Below, piece by piece: positions 27,784 through 32,000 of a stretch of DNA of 32,000 nucleotides. The stretch covers positions 1,038,453-1,070,452 of the forward strand of contig NZ_CP194951.1 of assembly GCF_030070105.2 (NCBI RefSeq), in the 5' to 3' direction. The translations under genes were made by a program, and so were the position numbers. The stretch is from Bermanella sp. WJH001. GTDB taxonomy: Bacteria; Pseudomonadota; Gammaproteobacteria; Pseudomonadales; Oceanobacteraceae. The notes under the pieces are model-generated. The model was not told where the DNA came from and did not search any database. It was given only the letters and a program-made list of their open reading frames with translations. Positions within the stretch are counted from its first letter, which is position 1, and the number at the start of each line of letters is the position of its first letter.

Positions 27784-29187
27784 ATGCCAGTATCTCCGCT
27801 ATTTTCACTTGTGTCACCCGTCACACCAAGTAATACAAATGGGCCTTTGTCTCAATCAGGCGCGAACAATAATGGGGTTTTAAGCCCCATATCAAGCACA
27901 AATACAGACTCTTCTGACCTTTCTCAAGGTCAAACGACGTTAAGTTTTTTTGAACAACTACAAGTGGCAAATGATCTAAATAATTTGCCACTTGGGCAAG
28001 AATTTGCCGCTTATTTGCCGCACGTATCGGTCGATGAAGAAAGCCCGATGACGCAGCTGAATACTGATTTTGTAGGGCCATTAACTCCCTTAACATTAGA
28101 GCATACCCATAACACGGACGATGCCAGTGGAATTTTATACAGCCCAATAAATCAAGCCGTAACGCTGGATAGCACGCAAGTAGAAACACCTGAAGGACTA
28201 CAATATCTTGAAAGCTTGCGACGAGCGCAACCCCATATCCAGTCTCAAGGGGCATTAAGTTCTAACATGACACAAGAGGATCTGGTTGAGGGTAATTTAG
28301 ATACCCAAGCTCAAGTTAAACTCGTGCAGTCCGAACTCTCTGCAAGACAGGCACATATCCCTGAAGCGGCTGCGAAAATAGTGGACCCAAATCTTCAGGC
28401 TGTGAATCCTGCTATTGCGATGAATGCACAAAATAATAAAGCGATTAATCTCGACGAACTGTCAATGGATGTATTAACAGAAGAGATCACTTTAGATGAG
28501 GCCAGTTTAGATGGCATGCACTTAGAATCAGAATCGATACATGACCAGCCAAAAACATTAACAGCGTTAAAAGAAAACAGCATGGTGAATGTTTCGGTGA
28601 ATCAAGAAAGTAGCGCGTTACCTGACGCTAAGCTTAATGGAATGGAAACCATCACAGCAGGGTTAAAAGAATCAGCGGCTACAAAATCCATGGCCTTAGA
28701 TCAGGGCGACGGTGTTAAAACGCAAACACTAACCGCAGAAAAATTGGCCAGTCACTTTAATAAATTAGATGTGCCACCTCAAAGTCCACAATGGAATGAT
28801 CAGGTGGCAAAACGAATTAGCATCATGGCCAGTGAAAGTGTGCAAAGTGCCCGCATCCAGTTGGACCCTCCAGAATTAGGCTCTTTAGAAATTAAAGTCA
28901 AAGTGCAAAACGATCAGGTAAGTGTGGCATTTGGCAGTAATAACCAAATGGTGCGCGATGCATTAGAAAGTCAAACCCCACGCCTTCGTGAGTTGCTAGA
29001 GCAGCAGGGTGTGGATTTAGCCGATGTGAATGTCTCTGAACAAGGCCGAGATCAAAATGGTCAAGATTCAAATGAAGCACTTACACAAGGGGGTGATCAA
29101 GAGGGCGACGCAATAGGAGCTGATCCGTTGACTGACCAAGAGATCCAAACCTTTGAAAGCGATGCTTTAGTGGATTACTTCGCTTAA
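27784..29187 (+). CDS. fliK: Flagellar hook-length control protein FliK
   Basis: The C-terminal domain 'ARIQLDPPELGSLEIKVKVQNDQVSVAFGSNNQMVRDALESQTPRLRELLEQQGVDLADVNV' is the FliK signature, and the N-terminal region is Q/S/N/T-rich and looks disordered. The ORF opens at a TTG at 27772. Confidence 0.9.
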   Translation: MPVSPLFSLVSPVTPSNTNGPLSQSGANNNGVLSPISSTNTDSSDLSQGQTTLSFFEQLQVANDLNNLPLGQEFAAYLPHVSVDEESPMTQLNTDFVGPLTPLTLEHTHNTDDASGILYSPINQAVTLDSTQVETPEGLQYLESLRRAQPHIQSQGALSSNMTQEDLVEGNLDTQAQVKLVQSELSARQAHIPEAAAKIVDPNLQAVNPAIAMNAQNNKAINLDELSMDVLTEEITLDEASLDGMHLESESIHDQPKTLTALKENSMVNVSVNQESSALPDAKLNGMETITAGLKESAATKSMALDQGDGVKTQTLTAEKLASHFNKLDVPPQSPQWNDQVAKRISIMASESVQSARIQLDPPELGSLEIKVKVQNDQVSVAFGSNNQMVRDALESQTPRLRELLEQQGVDLADVNVSEQGRDQNGQDSNEALTQGGDQEGDAIGADPLTDQEIQTFESDALVDYFA

Positions 29188-29207
29188 GCTATTTTTATCT
29201 GCTTTTC

Positions 29208-29247
29208 CCTTGTCGTGCTTAGGCATGGCAAGGCCCTTCTTTTTTTC
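29208..29247 (+). terminator. Probable intrinsic terminator after fliK
   Basis: An ~11-bp stem (ccttgtcgtgc pairs with gcatggcaagg, with two G-U pairs) has a ttag tetraloop and is followed by cccttcttttttt. Confidence 0.5.
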
Positions 29248-29316
29248 TTGTCTACACTTAATGATGAATAGCTTATGCAATTTGGCGACATTGACCCAAA
29301 GTTTTAGTCGTGTTCG

Positions 29317-29332
29317 TGGCATAAGGCTTGCA
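29317..29332 (+). promoter_or_regulatory. Sigma-54 promoter of fliL(MNOP...)
   Basis: TGGCATAAGGCTTGCA is a near-perfect consensus. It lies 30 nt upstream of the fliL ATG, with AAGGTG between them. Confidence 0.75.
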
Positions 29333-29362
29333 GAATTCAATTAAGCATCAAAAAGGTGACGT

Positions 29363-29887
29363 ATGGCGAACGAAAAAGAATTGCAACTTGACGCAGTTGA
29401 AGAACCCAAAAGCAACAAAAAACTGATCATTATTATTGTTGCGGCAGTGTTAGTGGTGGGTATAGGTGTGGCAGCTGCACTGTTATTAATGGGGGGGGAT
29501 GATGCGCCAGCAGAAGAAACAGCAGAAGCCGCCGCCGAAGAAGCGCCAGTTGAAGCAACGGCAGGTCCTGCTATTTACGTTAAATTAAAACCAGAATTTA
29601 TTGTGAACTATCAAGTGGGTACGCGTCAGCGATACTTACAAATCTACATGGAAGCCATGACACGTAATCCTGGCGTGGCGGAGGCATTAGAAATGCACAG
29701 CCCCATGATTCGCAGTTCAATTATTTCCTTGTTGGGTCAGCAAAGTTATGAATACCTTCGAACCGCTGAGGGTCGAGCGGATATTCGATTAAAACTTCAA
29801 GAAGAAATTCAAAGAATAGTTACTCAAGAAACCGGCATTGAAGGCGGTTTAGAGCAAATATTATTTACCAACTATGTCATGCAGTAA
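29363..29887 (+). CDS. fliL: Flagellar basal-body-associated protein FliL
   Basis: A single N-terminal TM segment ('LIIIIVAAVLVVGIGVAAALLLMG'), the conserved 'Y..L.P.FIVN' and 'RYLQI' blocks, and synteny. Confidence 0.9.
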   Translation: MANEKELQLDAVEEPKSNKKLIIIIVAAVLVVGIGVAAALLLMGGDDAPAEETAEAAAEEAPVEATAGPAIYVKLKPEFIVNYQVGTRQRYLQIYMEAMTRNPGVAEALEMHSPMIRSSIISLLGQQSYEYLRTAEGRADIRLKLQEEIQRIVTQETGIEGGLEQILFTNYVMQ

Positions 29888-29933
29888 TGTTTGCCATATT
29901 TATTATTAGTCGGTTTTTGAGGGTCATTGACTC

Positions 29934-30929
29934 GTGCAAGATCTTTTAAGTCAAGACGAAATAGATGCCCTGTTACACGGGGTAGACGACGGTGACATCG
30001 AACCGGAAGATCCCGGTGATGGTGAAGGCGTCAAATCCTATGACCTCTCAAGTCAGGATAGGATTGTTCGTGGGCGAATGCCCACATTAGAAATGATCAA
30101 CGAACGCTTTGCGCGTTACACCCGCATAAGTATGTTCAATTTTTTACGTCGCAGTGCTGATGTTGCCAGCGGCGGCATTCAAATCATGAAGTTTGGTGAA
30201 TATATTCACACGCTTTATGTGCCCACCTCATTAAATATGGTGAAAGCGCGGCCATTGCGCGGCACCGCGTTATTTATTCTAGATGCCAAATTAGTGTTTA
30301 AACTGGTTGATAACTTTTTTGGTGGTGATGGGCGTCATGCAAAAATTGAAGGCCGTGAATTTACCCCCACTGAATTACGAGTGGTGCAGCTAATTTTAAG
30401 CCAAGTTTTTAAAGACATGAAAGAAGCTTGGCACGCTGTTTTACCTTTAGAGTTTGAGTATTACGGCAGTGAAGTAAACCCTGCCATGGCCAATATCGTT
30501 AGCCCCAGTGAAGTGGTTGTGGTCAGTTCATTTCACATTGAGCTCGATGGCGGTGGTGGAGATCTGCATGTGGCGTTGCCGTACTCAATGATTGAGCCAA
30601 TTCGAGAGGTACTGGATGCGGGTGTTCAATCCGATGTAGACGAAGTAGATGAAAGATGGGTGCATTCTTTGCAAGAAGATATTCAAAGCGCCAAAGTTCC
30701 GGTACACGGAACCATTGTTCAACAAGAAATTTCATTGCGCGAAGTGGCGGCATTTAAAACAGGGGATGTGATTTCCATAGATATGCCAGAAGATTTTATT
30801 TTACAAGCCAATGGCACACCTATTTTTAGAGGCCAGTTAGGTGTTTCAAATGACGTACTGGCTGTAAAAATTAAAGAGCCCATAAAAAGAAAATTAAATA
30901 CCGGCAATAAAGATGGATTACCAGTATGA
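29934..30929 (+). CDS. fliM: Flagellar motor switch protein FliM
   Basis: N-terminal CheY-P docking motif 'LSQDEIDALL'. The GTG start is preceded by TGAGGG. 331 aa. Confidence 0.93.
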   Translation: MQDLLSQDEIDALLHGVDDGDIEPEDPGDGEGVKSYDLSSQDRIVRGRMPTLEMINERFARYTRISMFNFLRRSADVASGGIQIMKFGEYIHTLYVPTSLNMVKARPLRGTALFILDAKLVFKLVDNFFGGDGRHAKIEGREFTPTELRVVQLILSQVFKDMKEAWHAVLPLEFEYYGSEVNPAMANIVSPSEVVVVSSFHIELDGGGGDLHVALPYSMIEPIREVLDAGVQSDVDEVDERWVHSLQEDIQSAKVPVHGTIVQQEISLREVAAFKTGDVISIDMPEDFILQANGTPIFRGQLGVSNDVLAVKIKEPIKRKLNTGNKDGLPV

Positions 30930-31450
30930 GTGATGACGAAAACACCACAGAAGAACCAACTGAAGGCGCTGGTGAAGCAAGCGAAGAATCCGGCGTAGAC
31001 GCAGACTCACTCGCCAATGAAGTAGCGGACGGTGTCGAAGAAGCCGGTGGTGATGATGAAGGTTTAGCCGATGAATGGGCTGCTGCCATGGAAGAAGCCG
31101 GCGAAACCGATGATGACGATGATGGTGTCAAACCTGCACCAATGGAAGAGTTTGATGCTGATGAAGCCCATCAAAACTTTGACAAAACCACCCCTGAACT
31201 GGATGTCATACTTGATATCTCAGTTGTGATTTCAATGGAGGTGGGTAATACACAAATCCCCATCCGTAATTTATTACAACTTAATCAGGGTTCCGTAATC
31301 GAGCTGGACCGTTTAGCCGGTGAACCATTAGATGTGCTCGTTAACGGTACATTAATCGCTCATGGAGAGGTGGTAATGGTAAACGATAAATTTGGTATTC
31401 GTTTGACCGATGTTATTAGCCAAAGCGAACGTATACAGCGTTTACGCTAA
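30926..31450 (+). CDS. fliN: Flagellar motor switch protein FliN (with an ~80-aa acidic N-terminal extension)
   Basis: C-terminal SpoA core 'LDVILDISVVISMEVGNTQIPIRNLLQLNQGSVIELDRLAGEPLDVLVNGTLIAHGEVVMVNDKFGIRL'. ATGA overlap with fliM. Confidence 0.93.
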   Translation: MSDDENTTEEPTEGAGEASEESGVDADSLANEVADGVEEAGGDDEGLADEWAAAMEEAGETDDDDDGVKPAPMEEFDADEAHQNFDKTTPELDVILDISVVISMEVGNTQIPIRNLLQLNQGSVIELDRLAGEPLDVLVNGTLIAHGEVVMVNDKFGIRLTDVISQSERIQRLR

Positions 31451-31490
31451 AGCAAATCATCACTAACAAAAATAATAAAAGAGTAGCGCT

Positions 31491-31937
31491 ATGATTTTTG
31501 TCTCTGCGCAAGCACTGGCTAACGCCCAAGCGGCGCCAGTAATAGCTAGCCCAATTGTACCTAATACTCAAGAGCAGTTGATACAAGTCAGTCTTGCGTT
31601 GGCTGTAGTAGTGGCTTTGATCTATGCCATTGCGTGGTTTATAAAACGCAAACAAGGCATGCAAGGGTTATCAAATATTCCCATGAAAACCATTGGGGTT
31701 TTACCCATGGGCATGAAAGAAAAGATTATTTTAATCGAAGTGGGTGGTAAGCAAATCTTGCTGGGAATGACACCATCTAATATCAATACCTTAGCCACAT
31801 TTGACCAGCCAATTATTGAAGAGAAGCCAGCAAGCGCATCGTTCTCTCAAAAACTCAAAGACATTATTTCTCAACAGAAAAACCAAGCTCAGTCAGACAC
31901 CGTCGATGTTAAGGCAAACCATGAAGATCATCATTAA
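31491..31937 (+). CDS. fliO: Flagellar biosynthesis protein FliO
   Basis: A small protein with one TM segment ('VSLALAVVVALIYAIAWFI') and the conserved 'LILIEVGGKQILLG' block. Synteny between fliN and fliP. Confidence 0.85.
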   Translation: MIFVSAQALANAQAAPVIASPIVPNTQEQLIQVSLALAVVVALIYAIAWFIKRKQGMQGLSNIPMKTIGVLPMGMKEKIILIEVGGKQILLGMTPSNINTLATFDQPIIEEKPASASFSQKLKDIISQQKNQAQSDTVDVKANHEDHH

Positions 31938-32000
31938 AAATGGGTTGGCTTTAATTGTGCTGATGGTTTTCAGCACTTTTTCCATGGCTGAAGAAAAATT
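31921..32000 (+). CDS. fliP: 5' end of the flagellar export-gate protein FliP (truncated by the window edge)
   Basis: The ATG at 31921 overlaps the fliO 3' end by 17 nt. It reads MKIIIKNGLALIVLMVFSTFSMAEEK, which is signal-peptide-like and open to nt 32000. Expected from synteny. It is absent from the ORF track because it has no stop codon. Confidence 0.6.
   Translation, partial: MKIIIKNGLALIVLMVFSTFSMAEEK

Overview
This window is a polar-flagellum gene cluster of the Vibrio/Pseudomonas/Alteromonadales type, all on the + strand. My guess from the low GC content is a marine gammaproteobacterium. The gene order is fliS, flrA/fleQ, flrB, flrC, fliE-F-G-H-I-J, an ~11.5 kb insert, then fliK-L-M-N-O and the start of fliP. 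Left of the locus lie a 5'-truncated secreted repeat protein with a CxxCH motif and a divergent TPR/SAM-methyltransferase gene.

The main item is the insert between fliJ and fliK (16218-27732). It holds 11 tightly packed co-directional genes. The first is a STAS protein. The next seven form a complete Che2/F7-type chemosensory set in the same order as P. aeruginosa cheY2-cheA2-cheW2-aer2-cheR2-cheD-cheB2. The last three are a STAS protein, a REC-PP2C-RsbW-like kinase and an Hpt protein, which look like the P. aeruginosa HsbA/HsbR/HptB partner-switch. I see no promoter or terminator between the fliE promoter region and the sigma-54 promoter of fliK, so the insert may be co-transcribed with fliE-J.

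The receptor in the insert is unusual. It has a TM hairpin, a HAMP, one classic PAS, three tandem Aer2-like PAS domains each keeping a His...Trp-x-Asp-x-Thr pattern, a second HAMP, the MCP signalling domain, a flexible tether and a C-terminal DWQEF pentapeptide.

Other observations: five sigma-54-type promoter motifs placed where the flagellar hierarchy predicts them; a sigma-28-like promoter for fliS; a FliH with 12 consecutive xxxG repeats and a ~165-aa acidic tail containing a (GAAAGT)5 microsatellite; and an 18 x 9-bp in-frame tandem repeat in the first gene. I saw no rRNA, tRNA, CRISPR array, transposase or integrase. All functional calls come from reading motifs by eye, and no database search was possible.
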